Under the pieces are notes generated by a model. The model searched no databases, was not told the origin of the DNA, and worked only from the letters and a program-made list of their open reading frames with translations. Both the position numbers and the translations under genes were made by a program. From positions 1 to 64,000 of the forward strand of contig NIVC01002350.1 in assembly GCA_002269645.1 (NCBI GenBank): a DNA stretch of 64,000 nt, given 5' to 3'. Positions 32,610 to 45,723 of this stretch are shown here, piece after piece. This DNA is from Macrostomum lignano (lineage: Eukaryota). Each line of letters starts with the position of its first letter. Positions within the stretch are counted from its first letter, which is position 1.

Positions 32610-33180
32610 ACACTCTTAGCCTTAAAAATAAGAAAATTTCTCACTGGTACTGTCTGGACTGTGTGTAACCGTTGTTAGAGCGTGTTTTGTCCGCCGCCAT
32701 TGATCTTCTTAGTTCGTACACTACTAGTTCCACACAATCTAGCGGGCATTGCAGTACTGAGCTACATGTTTTTTGGTAGTGCAGAGTTTTTTTCGAATAC
32801 TTTCGGATAAAAAACTTGGTTCTGCAGCTGGAGAAAGACTGTTGAGAAATTTCACGATGTTAACAGAACGTTTGCTTTGGCGTCGTACAGTTGTCACATA
32901 CAGTTTTAGTTGAGGTTATAGTTAATTAGGTGGTTGAAAGACGCCATATGATCCAGGGATGATCCCTGATCCACATAAACACATGTAGATGTATATGTAT
33001 TAATGCTGGGATCTTGATTGCGACGAACTCGCTCAAACAGAAAGTCAAAGTTCATTGTGCATGCTGCCTGCTGCACACCGCATTATTCAGGATCGGATTA
33101 CCAGCAGGATATATTGACAGCCTACATAGCTATAAGGCTTGTTATATAACCGTAATGAACTTATATATACAGTACTTATA

Positions 33181-33746
33181 GACAGTAGTACTTGTCGGCT
33201 ATCAAGAACGTTTTTTAAAAACTGCAATTGGTACAGACAACATGCATGTTTCACACGGCTTGTGCCAGGCCAGGATCATGTAAGTTAGAAAATCAATTTG
33301 CCATTAATCATGAAATTGCTCGCAAATGCACATGTTCCTACTCGTATGTGCATGTACAAGATAAAGATCTACAATATATTCCAGCGCCTTGCAATGCGCA
33401 CATCTGATGGCTCAGACGGCGTTCTGCATGCCAGCAGTCCCCGGGGCGCAAGAGCTTATTATACCCTGCTGATAGTCTGCTAATCTCTACGTAGATTAAG
33501 TCGGTGAAAAAAAATGTTTAAAAAGCAAAAATTAGATGAAAAAGTTAACAAAGTTTGGAGACTAGCGGGGTATAGATGTGCACATACACATGTGCATTTG
33601 CGAGCAATTTCATGATTAATGGCAAATTGATATTCTAACTTACATGATACTGCATGGCCTGGCAAAAGCTATGTGAAACATGCATATTGTCTGTACCAAT
33701 TGCAGTTTTACAAAAACGTTCTTGATAGCCGACGAATACTACTATC
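33181..33746. mobile_element. Foldback/MITE-like element with ~170-bp inverted arms
   Basis: 33181-33352 is the reverse complement of 33578-33746 (e.g. GTCGGCTATCAAGAACGTTTT / AAAACGTTCTTGATAGCCGAC); no clear TSD. Confidence 0.8.
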
Positions 33747-35107
33747 AGCTGCGTGATTTATGGTTTATATAAGTAAATTACAAAACGTACAATATTTAAG
33801 TTGAATCGCCAAGAAACTTATTTGAGGCTTGTATAGACAAAAAATTAGCCAAGACCATCCTGACGATGTGTATGTACATTAGATCCTGTGATTAGCGGAT
33901 GGTAGAACCATGGATCCTCAAAGGTGTTGCTCCACAGCCCTTCTGAAAATATTGTTATTAATTAAGACGCACTGTTGCATGCAACCGTAAAATCAAATAT
34001 CATGTTTATCATTTTACTATACTACACGCCCATCGTGTACCTTTTATCTCTCTATACTACTCATAGCACGCGCGCGATATAATTATATGAAATATACCAC
34101 TATTGTCAGCAACCAAGGCCAGTATACGTAGGTTTTAGCTCCGCTGTTTTCTACAGCTGACTGACCCTGTAAAAAAAATCCCAACCGATGCTAAGCTCCA
34201 TCAGGGGCGGAATCCCCATCGAGATGAAGATCGTGGCCTGGGCCCGTGTGCACGCATGGAAGCGGATGGGCTGATCCGAATACCTTAAACAATACGAGAT
34301 TATAAAACTTCTTATTTACAATCATCTCAATTGCGAACGTTTCAGAGCAGCAGGGAAGGAATTGGGATCCGAGTGGAAGTCTCGCGTAATTTTTTTAAAC
34401 GCATTTTGTTTCTTGGATTTAGCTGGAGTCCTTATAGTCATATCTGTGGTATCTATTGAGCAGAATGCTAGGAGATACAAGGGAAAAGGGGGGTAGAGGC
34501 GATGAAGATGGCTCGCATGACTGGTGAGGTATGGAGAGAAGCTGCACCCCCACTGTGCGCGCTAGCTGCTAATCTCCAACCGATTCCAACCGATAAAAAC
34601 CCGGTTGCGCTTCGATAGTTCGGAGAGTCTGGGGTACCCCGGATGCCTCTCCGTTCCCGATTTCCTCTCAGCAACTCCTCAGCTTCCTTTTTGTGTAAAA
34701 CTTGTCAGCTAAGCGCTTAGTAAAAGCAGCTTCTTATAGTTTTCCCAATTGCCATCCAACAGTGAATCGCACGGCCTGGTGACTGATGAAGCCTGAACGA
34801 GAGATGCAGCTTCTCCTACCCTGATACTGCAGTCTTAAGCCATGCGAGCTACGGCTGGGGGAGTCTTCACAGTTTCTCAAGCAAGCTGTGCATTCCTATA
34901 CGTGTTCTGCCGTCTTGACACGCTGTCACGACCTCCGATGCCTGAGCTAGACACCATGTCCGGGATCTTGGTTAGGGATTCTGATCGATGCTGGATGAAT
35001 TCTCAACGAAAGATTTTATCTAGAAGGCACTCTATTGTACTAAAGATTCGGACTGATACGAACTGTCTGATTATATTGTGTCTTTCAGTCACCCAGCAAT
35101 CAATCAC

Positions 35108-35285
35108 CTATGAACTCACTCATGAACTCACTCATGAACTCACTCATGAACTCACTCACGAACTCACTCATGAACTCACCCATGAACTCACTCATGAACT
35201 CATTCATGAACTCATTCATGAACTCACTCATGAACTCACTCATCAACTCACTCATGAACTCACTCATGAACTCTCTCGTGAACTC
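35108..35285. repeat. 12-bp repeat (CATGAACTCACT)n
   Basis: Visible. Confidence 0.9.
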
Positions 35286-35904
35286 ATTGATAGACCCATT
35301 CTTGAACATTACAAAAAAATACATTGATTCATTCACTGCCAATACTTGCTGGCCAGACCGCATGTGGATTGAAAGCTCATTAGAAACCAACAGGTATCAT
35401 GCAGGGTCGCTCTTGAACGATGTCATTGAGAAGCCCAATAACAAGAAAACAATCTTCTTTAAAAAGTCATGCGGGAAGCCAAAAAGCAAGCACTTATTTG
35501 CTCATCTTGTTGCCTGCAAGATTTCGGCTAAGAAAATATGGGAGCTCCGCTTCTATCCAACCCTGCTTTAACCTTCTCAATCATTTCTTGATACGAGTTT
35601 TTTCAGCCCCCAGTTTCCAACGCCTGGGGGGGAGGCGACCGCAGATCATTTTTTGTCTCCAAGGCGAGGGGGCCGGCGGGCTTCATCCTATTTTAGGCCT
35701 ACGAGCTACACGGAAGGCAGAATAGGCAGTTATATATTATAAATATATTTGCGCATGAATTGCATTCCGCTTCAGGTAACCCTGCTATATTGTGTTCATT
35801 CAAGGAGGTCTGAGAACCGGAGCCTGGCTTGCCAACTCCTCACACATTTTCAGACAGCTTGCAGTCTGACTAAAGTACATATTTTACTTATGTTCCGTTT
35901 TCTC

Positions 35905-36375
35905 TCATCTACTTACTCGTATCTCTCATCCTATTTCTGATCTCATCTTGGATCTCTTCTCATCTCTTCTCTCATCCTATCTCTCATCTCATCTTGCATC
36001 TCTTCTCATGTCTTCTCTCATCCTATCTCTCTCTGATCTCATCGTGCATCTCTTTTCATCTCTTCTCTCATCCCATCTCTGATCTCATCTTGGATCTCTT
36101 CTCATCTTTTCTCTCATCCTATCTCTGATCTCATCATGCATCTCATCCCACCTCATCTCTTATCCCGGTCAAGGGTCGTGTCTCTTCTCCCATCTTTTCT
36201 CTCATCCCATCTCTGATCTCGTCTCTTATCGCTAATCCCATCTCATCTTTCATCCCGCTCAAGCTTTGTGCCTCTTCTCTCTTTTCTCCTCTGATCAATC
36301 GTTCTGTCTCTCTTCTCATCTCCTATCGCTTCTACTCCCTCTTCTTTCCTCTCTCATCTGGATCTCACATCTCAT
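35905..36375. repeat. Degenerate (ATCTC)n pyrimidine-rich tract
   Basis: Visible. Confidence 0.8.
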
Positions 36376-37165
36376 CAAGAGGGGTCAAGGGGGGTCAGCT
36401 GACTCCCCTTAAAAGATCAAGGGGGGCGTCATGTCCTCTCTGGAAATTTAACTGTTTTCCATCTCACTAAGCTGGAGGGAGGGAGAGAGAGAGAGAAGAA
36501 CTTAACTCAATGACGTGGCCGAACCTGATGGGGTCAAGGGGGTCAGCTGACCCCCCGCCTCTCCCAGGAAAAATTCTAGATCTGCCCCTGCTTAAAAATG
36601 TGACAAAAATTAGTTAAAACGAAAGTCATTTAGAAAGAACTGGCGCTACTCCAGATTCTGGCTCTTGGTCTCCTTCTTCTTTCCTCATCAGACACGGCTT
36701 TTATCCGCGTAAATTTCCTCAGAGAGAGAGAGAGAGAGTAACCACCTGACACTTCTTTGTTTGGCGGCGTCTCAAATTCTCCGGTGAGACAAAAGGGCCA
36801 TCATCGATCAGGCCGCGCCTGTTAGAGTGGGAAATTCTCCCCCCATACCGCTACACTAAATTAGCGGCTTACAATAATTTGTCAGGTGGAAGGCGCGACA
36901 AAAGCCGGCAAAGGCAAAGTAGCTTGCAGTTGCTTTCCAGCTAGCAACCAGTTTTTTTCCTGAGCTCTTTCATCGCCGAGTCGCAGCCGTTGATGAATAC
37001 TGGGCGACGTTTAGCAGTCTATAAGTCTGCAAATTCGATTTAAAGGCTTCACTGCCTTTTGTTCTTTGCCGCCGATTTTTACGCTTCACTGCGCACAATT
37101 AGGGAGCCTTTTGACTGACAGCCTACTGATAGTAGGCGGCCCGCTGCCATAAATTATCTGTGTGC

Positions 37166-37656
<491 letters not shown>

Positions 37657-39599
37657 CACTTCCAAATGCTTGACAGACGTCAATTAGCTGCTAATATGCC
37701 ATGGCATTGAACTTTTGTCAGTTTTTTGCACATTCCTGTTGTCAACGATGAGCAAATAGCAATACTCACTGACCTGAGCAGACCGCGACTGCACTGACCA
37801 GCACTTACTGTTTGCTACAATATTATCACAATTACCTCAATATAGCTAATTGAGCTGAAGTTACCTGTTTAGTAATTAGTTTGCTGCTTATCGCATAGCT
37901 ACCAACTCGCTGCATTGTGCTGCAGATCCAAGAAATGCTAAAAACTCAAGAGACAGGTGACAACAGCACCTTTCTTTCGATAGACCTGTGCCATACCAAT
38001 TCAGTTTATAGAAGATTGTGATAAAAGGGTGCAACTATCATTCCATCAAGATTATAGTTAATTACCATTCATTATTCATATTGCACTTGAAACTGGATGT
38101 GCGGACTTGCACTTTCACCTCGCTCATGTACTGCAATGTCATGCTAGATTCAGCCAGTCAGTAATGCATGGGGACACTGAGACCTTGTATACGGCAGAAG
38201 AACGACAGAGAAGTGTTAGAGAAGTGTTAGAGAAGTAGGTGTTGGGCAAACATGCTGCTCTTCTCAAATACAAACTTCGATGCTCAGCAGAGTCTGAGAT
38301 TTTTATAGAGAAGCTTCGATCGTATAGGACTGGGCATGCTTATTGAGGTAGAGAAGACGCCCTGCACAATGCTTTGAATCTGATTCAGTGGGTGTTGGTC
38401 GTCAGTTCGGGTTCCAGTGAGCAGTTGAGCTGTATCAGAGCAAATATTTGACCGAATGGAGCGTTTCAAGGCGAATGCGCTAGCTGCATGCTTTATGTGC
38501 CAAGGTGCTGTTTTGCTTGCCTAATAATGGGGATTCTAAATCATTTAAGATTATTTAGCCCGAATGTGCTATCTCAACTGCATGGTCGTCACAGCTGTTC
38601 ATTGCTCAACTTATTATGATTATGTAGCTTCTCAAAACATAACATAGTTTTCTTCCCTTTTTTAGTTTGACACCTTTTTGAGTCATCATCACAACCAACG
38701 CTTTGCTCCCTAAAGTTCTCTCTCAGTCTTTCGTGGCGTGACTTTTTGACTTTAATACCTATTGTCCAAAACCTATATATCACTACGCATAAAGTATATA
38801 CGGTAATTATAGTGGCATTTGAGTATGCTCCGCGTGTTCTACAGTTAAATTACTGAAAATGAGGTGAAAATAGGGATAAAAGAGACAAAGTATTGATGCT
38901 CATTCGAAATATAGGATAAGTCGTTCAATCTTCTAATCCCTCAAAGCTCTTAACACCTAATCTAGTATGGAATCCATATAGCATACACACAATGCTCCCG
39001 TTACATTATAGGTCAAAGTAGTATGCAATAGCGGCATGCAGATTCTTTGATGTTTCAACTTTGCACGGCTATAGAACCGCAGCGTATTGGCACCGTTTGT
39101 GTCCGTTTAATAATAAATAATAAATATTGCTTTGATGTCTCGACCGACATAAGTTCCTGATCCGTGCACACAGACAGACACAGAGTCGCTAGCATTGTGT
39201 ACCAGGGCAAAGAGTCTCATTGCGCAATACAGCCCCATGCAAGCATTGCAATCCGTTAGGTGTTCTTATATTTGCATGTACGAGCCTATATATTGTATTC
39301 ATATACTTCGACTATTATGTAAGTTCATGAGGCGCTGCGGAGAGCATAATATCGATTCTTTCTGGTCCCTTCGTCGCATATTTTCAGCTTCCTCAATCCT
39401 GAACCGACTGACACTCTCTCTTCATCTTGTGCTCAGCTTAAACTTGCTGAACAAACACCAACACTGTCTGTGAGGGAGCATTGAGATTCGGTCGGTCCCA
39501 GTTTGGTTGCAGGCTCTTGGACTCCCACTCCAATATTAGCTTGGGAAGAATTAATACGCACTGCACAACTTGCATTTGGCCTTCCCTGAGCTCCCCTCC

Positions 39600-39960
39600 C
39601 TCTTGCTTCTTCTTACCAACCAATCGGGGGGCAAGTCTGGATTCTCGGAGGAGAAAATGCTTCCCACATCCTCTAGACAGGGCCCGGGGAATCTCCCGGA
39701 GCCCCCGGTCCAATCCGTGCCGGAGTCCCCGATCTGATTGGTCGGATTGCGGCCACGCACTGGTTGGGGGGTGGTGAGGGGGGGGGTCGGCGGCCCTCGC
39801 TCTGCCCCTCACTCGCTCTCTCAATCCGAGAGGCGGGCTGGGGTGGGGGGCTGTCGGGGTTGGGAGGGTCCTCCTTGCAACCAAAATTTTATAAGTTTGG
39901 CCTAACTTGATTGTCACCTCTCATGCATATATATACAGCAAATCTTATTTCTCCGAGCTT
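39600..39960 (+). promoter_or_regulatory. Candidate Gfi-1/senseless proximal promoter
   Basis: CCAAT/ATTGG boxes (~39620, ~39710, ~39737), GC/G-rich tract, TATATATA at ~39928, 200-500 nt upstream of ATG 40161. Confidence 0.4.
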
Positions 39961-40160
39961 GTGCAACTCCCGCAGTGCTACTCTCTGTCTCTCCTGCTGC
40001 TAAAAGAAGTCTTCTGAGGATCCAGCAGCGACGAAGTATTTCCTCTTCTCCGTTCTCGAACACGAGCCCCAGTTGAGTAAGGCAGCTCCCCCTTGTGCGG
40101 ACAAGGCCACACTTCACACTTGACTCTTCAAATTCTATATTATAGCTGAAGACTTGAGTT

Positions 40161-40248
40161 ATGAACAGCCCAAGCAATCGGCAGAATCTGCAACAGCAGC
40201 AGCAACAGCAGCCCCTCCAGCTGACAGTCAACGATAAGAGGATCAAAG
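40161..40248 (+). CDS. GFI1: Gfi-1 exon 1
   Basis: [30 protein letters not shown]|GTGAGT; in-frame TGA at 40155; phase matches the acceptor at 40831. Confidence 0.7.
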
Positions 40249-43200
40249 GTGAGTATCTAGCCCCATATAACTTTCGATGTCTTCGATATATAGAAGCTCA
40301 GTAGTTGCCGAATCAGGGAGAGGGGGGACTTAAGATTCCGCAAGTGTGTGCAGATTTTTTTACGTTGCCAGGCAGTCAGACAGGCGAATATTAGACTTGA
40401 CTGTAGGATTTGAGAAGAATCTCCATTGAACAGCTGCTAAAGCCGACTCAATACTCGTTAAAGGAGTGCCTCTCCTAGGAATCGTTTGCTTCTTTTTTTA
40501 AACGTCGGAAAAATTGCAGGGGGAAGTTATTGATAGGCGGAATAGCTATGGAGGGCATGAGCATTTTTAGAGTCTATGTGTAGTTAATCTAGTTAATTTA
40601 CAAGTTTTAACTGATGAAGTTGCTCAGCAGCACGCATGGCAGTTTCTCAAAAGCCATCGTGCCCGTCCCCCGTGCCAACTTATAAAATGTTCAACTCATT
40701 AATGTTTTGTATAAAAACTTCGATGCCATAAATATGGAAGGCTCCAGGTGGTCATAAAACTGCAGTTCCGCGTGCCTGAGTAGAAACAAGATATGCAAGA
40801 AAACTTTTATTTCTTTAAAAACATTCGACAGGCGAGCCACCGACAGCGACTCCAGGGCAGGAGTCTTCGGCCGCCTCAGGGCACCAGCCGATGTCGATGC
40901 CGCTACCGCCGATGCCGTTCCCGGCTGCCGCAGCTGCCGCAGCCGCCGCCGCAGCAGCCGCCGCGGCCGCCGCAGCGACCACAAACACTTCTCAGTCTCA
41001 GCAGCAGCAGCAGCAGCAGACGACTCCGCCGCACTGCAAGCCGGTGTCCAGCGGCAACTCCTCCGCTGCCTCGCTGCCGACACTGCCGGGCCTGCCGGCT
41101 CCCTGGTTCTGCTGGCCGAACTATGCCGCCGCAGCTGCCGCCGCCGCCGCCCTGTTCGGCGGCACTGCAGCTGCAGGTCACGGCAAGCCCAATGGAATCG
41201 GTGAGCATTTCTACGAATTTCATATAGAAGACATGAAAACATGAAACAAACATACGGGGACATGAAACGTGAAAGACAGGGCGTCAGTATTCTCTTTAAT
41301 ATACTGCAGTTTTGTTTCAAAGTAAATCGTTTTACCAAATTGAAGCAAAAGATGCGCAATTGCAAAAAAGCTTCTATCTTAGAAATTGTTTATGTATACA
41401 CACACCCCGAATGAAGGCTGGCGCTCTGTGTAGGAATCGTATATACACAAAACTTTGTCCTGAAATGCACCCTATAATATGGGATCCTTTTCTCTGCAGC
41501 ATGGTTGGACGGGGGGCGGAGACCGATTAGGATTGTTTTCGGCGTGATCAAATTTATTATCCCTTCAATAATGTGCGCAAATTTCTTGATTGTTTTGCCC
41601 GTCCAGCCCCCCGAGGTCCTGAAGTCCTGAACAAAAAAGTGGCCCACCAAGAATATATAGCCAAGGTTAACAAGAACCTGGGGATCGCACAGGCCCAACA
41701 TACAGACACACTTGACTTCCCAGCCGATCCCAACCATGATGCCATTTCAATTTTCCCCGTATGGTTTTAAACAGCATTTACAACAATTTCTGTGCTGTGT
41801 AGAGAAAGCTTTCTTAGATTGAGTTTTCCGCAGCAATATGCAGCTGGTTGTATCGTCACTCAACAGCGAAATTGAAGGAGTTGAAGATTCGATTGTAGCG
41901 AGCAGGGGAGGTGTTGCCATAGCCAACCAACCGAACTGCAGGTTCAAAATTTCGAAAAAAGCAGCAATCGATGCAGCCAGCTTGGGATTTTTCGAGGTTG
42001 CGAGCTTTGATAGGGAATGAAATGAAATGACGCAAATCTCCCCCCCCCCCAAGCCCTAGCTGCTGTTGCTGGGCAAAATTCGCCACTTCAAGAACTGCGT
42101 GCGCCCTGTGTGTTAAGTTAGTTTTTGCTTTGCAAACAATTTTTCTACCGCAATTCATAGTTTTGTAATAATTCTCCCCTCATGCCTGCTCCCAGTTGGA
42201 AATATAGATGGAAGTACCGTTGGCATAGCAACCGTAACTATACAATAATAACAAAAAGAGATGCACGTCCGCTCAATTCACTAAATCTCCACGCTTTGGT
42301 TCTTAAAAAATTTCGCTAAAATAAAGCTTCTTCAGTCTTCCAATGATAAATTTGTTAAACTGTCAGTGCACCGGCTCGGGTTTAATGAGCTTAAGACTAA
42401 GATCCCCGATTAAAATCTGGGAAGAAACGAAATTGGGGAAGGCCGACAGCGGGTGGCGCGAACGAAGAAGCAACTCAAACGAGGCGGCAGTGGCGCACCG
42501 CGGGGGTGGGTTGCTTGCGGCACATTATAGCGGCTATTTCATCAAGGCAACAGTTTGTGTTTTTCGATGCATGCCAGCTTAATACCCCATGATGCTGTTC
42601 ACCGATTTTTTCCATCGAATCCTGTCCACCCCACCTCCCACATGCGGGCTCCCCTCCGAGAGGTCTTTAAGTCGGCGATCTTTCGATCTGCCAAAGAGCA
42701 ACCCGACCGTGGCGCAGCATGCAGGTTCAATTGTGAATCTCCGATTTCAAAGACTGGGAGCATGCGGCTATATTTATATCTATATATATATGGAATATGC
42801 GGGCTCCTCGCCTTAGAGATTGAGGACACACAGAGATCGGCGGCGCCCATGGCGCCCCGCGCCCGCCTAATTGAAGAAACTCAGATACATGGAGATGTCT
42901 CCGAATGATTTTCTAAACCGATTTTTTGTGTGTGTCTCCAAACACTGCGCTGCCTACCTAATTAACCGATTGCGACTGCTATAAAGCATTCTTATAGTCA
43001 ACATTTAACCTTTCCCCCCTCCCCCTAACCCGCAGCTCCGCCGCTACCTCCCGTGACGTCATCAGCTGCCGCCGAGCTGCACGACGCTGCGGCTCAGCAG
43101 ATGCGCGGCCTGCTGGAGTACCAGGCGGCTCTGCGGCACATGCTCGGAGTCGCCAGCCTGGCTGCGGCTGGCGGCGCGCCGCCTCCGCCACCTCCGCCGC

Positions 43201-45723
43201 CCGCGCCACCAGCTCTGCCGACGCACCTGTCGATGCTGCAGCACAGCGGCAACAATCATCATCATCAACACCATCAGCAGAGTCAGCAGCGGATGACTGC
43301 CGCCCAGCATCCCAGCTTCAGCTGGTTCCCGACTCCGGCTGGCTCAATGCCGTTGCCGTCGGCTGGGCCGCTGCCGCCGCCTCTTCCGCCGCCGCCGCAT
43401 CGGCCATCGTCATCGTCAGCAGCAGCCGCCGCCTTCCCCAGGCATCAGCAGGCGGCTGGCATGGCCGCATTCTGCGATCATCACCGACATTCGCCCTCGA
43501 TCTTGGCCTCCAGGGAGACGGACTCGCTCAGCCCGGCCGATCACAAGGACCATGAGAACAGCAACGAGGACAGTCTGAGCAGCTGCGCGTCAACCAACGG
43601 CGGCGGTGTCGGCAACTTCCAGTGCGTCAAGTGCAGCAAGCTGTTTTCAACGCCGCACGGACTGGAGGTTCACGTTAGACGGTCAGTGCTGAGAAGCCGA
43701 AACTGGTTCTAAAGTTTCTTTCATTATTGAAGACAATTAAGGTCAAGATTTAAAAGTCCCCTATAAAATGGTTTTGTTTCACTCCAGGTCTCACTCCGGC
43801 AAGAGGCCCTACGAGTGCGAAGTCTGCCAGAAGACGTTCGGCCATTCGATCTCGCTGTCGCAGCATCGGGCCGTGCACTCGCAGGAGAAAGTGTTCGAGT
43901 GCAAAGAGTGCGGCAAGACGTTCAAGCGGTCCAGCACACTGAGCACCCACCTGCTCATCCACAGCGACACCCGGCCCTACCCATGCCAGTACTGCGGCAA
44001 GCGCTTCCACCAGAAGTCGGACATGAAGAAGCACACCTATATTCACACAGGTGAGAACAGTTACCCATGAACCGTCAATTGTTGCACGTTGAAATTGTGC
44101 TAAATACATGTATGCTGAGCTATAGGCCTTGGTTCGAAGAATCAAGTCTGGTTAGAAAAAGTCTGCCCCGTAAGCCAGGTGCCCGCGGCCCAACACCTAA
44201 AACGATTTTTTTACACCGTCATCGTCTAAAAACCCTAAATTGCCCAGCATCAGCGATCAAAATTAAAAACCACGTGTCACTCCCGAGCACCGCGTGCAGG
44301 AGTCTGGAGGTCGCTATTTATAGCTCTGATAGGGGCAGGGGGCGACCGAAGAACCGATTCAGCTTCTCTGAAAACCGTCTGATTTCCGCTACGCCTACCA
44401 GAGCGTAGACGTGCAATTAATTAGCTTTACGCCTCCAAATTCTCTCCGCGACCCGCATTGAAACTCGACCACGGTCCTCCGGGTCTCGCTGATTGCCTCC
44501 TTAACCTGTGACCGCCATGCGGTTTAGCTCCTCCTCAGCTTCCACGCCCACCGATTCTTCTCCATCTCTATCTCGCCTCTGTCTAAGCACAGCTGTCTAA
44601 TGCTACGAGTTGCACACGACCACGGCGTGCGGACAAGCGCCAACACATCACACCTATAAATGCTTGGCCCCCATTGTAACCCTATACGCATCTGTCTCTT
44701 ACATGAATGCATGCATTTAGTTGCATCGCTTAGCTAGATATTTCTATATATCAAACATCATTATGCTTTATGGGGCCCGCATACTCTGTGCACACACTTC
44801 ATCTGACCTACCAGTCTCACCCTAGCCCCCCCCCCCCACCCAGCCTGACCACGCAGAAGCGCATGTGTCTCAGAATTATAGTGAAAGGCACTTCCCATTT
44901 TTATAAATCCTGCACACAAATCCCGATTGATATAAATATATAGATGCATGAAAATCCAGCGGCGTGAAAGCACTCGAAAAATCCCCCCCTCCCCGTCAAT
45001 TAGGGAGACCGCGCGAGACCCGTCCGTCTCTTCCCTGATCCCCACCCGCTGCTGCTCCAGCGGCTCTGATTCCTCCCTCATTGAGGCATCACCACACTAG
45101 CAAACAAATGGAGAGTAGAGAGACTCAACAGGCTTTCCCCGGTTGCATGATCCCAGATTTTTTTCAGTGAAGAGTTTTTACTCCGATTTCAGTATAAAAA
45201 TTCATTCCCATGATATTAAAATCGCAGACAGGAAAATTTTGGGAAAGTACACCTTACCTGGTTCAAAATCTATAAGATGATGCTCCGTCTCTTACTTTTC
45301 TTAGGTGAGAAGCCCTACAAATGCGTGCAGTGCGGCAAGGCCTTCAGCCAGTCGTCCAACCTGATCACGCACAGCCGGAAGCATACCGGCTACAAGCCGT
45401 TCACCTGCAACCAGTGCGGTCGCAGCTTCCAGCGCAAGGTGGACCTGCGCAGGCACACGGAGACTCAGCACGCCTGTCCCGCCGCAGCTGCCACCGCCGT
45501 GGCTGCCGCCGGCTCCCTTGACACTCGCAGCCCGTCGCCAATGCAACTGATCCCCACTGCCTCGACGGTCAGCAGGCAGCAGCAGCAGCAGCAGCAGCAG
45601 TTGTCATACTCCGTAGACAGCATTCTAAGCAGAAGTGACAGCTCAGGCGGTGCTCAATCCGCAGCAGCAGGCAGCATCGCCGAGACGATGGCCGGTTCAA
45701 CAACAATGGAAGCCATGGCTTAG
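40161..45723 (+). CDS. GFI1: Gfi-1/senseless/PAG-3 family six-C2H2 zinc-finger transcriptional repressor, 5 exons, ~594 aa, no SNAG domain
   Basis: Exons 40161-40248, 40832-41200, 43036-43681, 43788-44050, 45305-45723 (1785 nt, phases 1,1,2,1 consistent). Diagnostic ZF1 [24 protein letters not shown], then [44 protein letters not shown]. Confidence 0.95.
40832..41200 (+). CDS. GFI1: Gfi-1 exon 2 (polyA/polyQ)
   Basis: TCGACAG|GC ... ATC G|GTGAGC. Confidence 0.85.
42100..42956 (-). mobile_element. ~857-bp dispersed repeat, copy 2, in Gfi-1 intron 2
   Basis: Reverse complement of 7101-7957 with few differences. Confidence 0.85.
43036..43681 (+). CDS. GFI1: Gfi-1 exon 3 (Pro/His/Ala-rich + ZF1)
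   Basis: CCCGCAG|CT ... CG|GTCAGT. Confidence 0.93.
43788..44050 (+). CDS. GFI1: Gfi-1 exon 4 (ZF2-4)
   Basis: CTCCAG|G ... ACA G|GTGAGA. Confidence 0.97.
45305..45723 (+). CDS. GFI1: Gfi-1 exon 5 (ZF5-6 + low-complexity tail)
   Basis: TTCTTAG|GT; [27 protein letters not shown]...[15 protein letters not shown]. Confidence 0.97.

Noticed and set aside
34450-35090. Possible decayed coding element
   Set aside because: Stops in all frames and no recognisable motif
34202-36590. Single large MITE bounded by CAGGGGCGGA and TCTGCCCCTG
   Set aside because: Flanks (AGCTCCAT vs CTTAAAAA) give no TSD; probably ends of separate elements
38284-38469. HPLNQI-containing ORF vaguely like a LINE C-terminus
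   Set aside because: Too short and weak; no adjacent RT motifs
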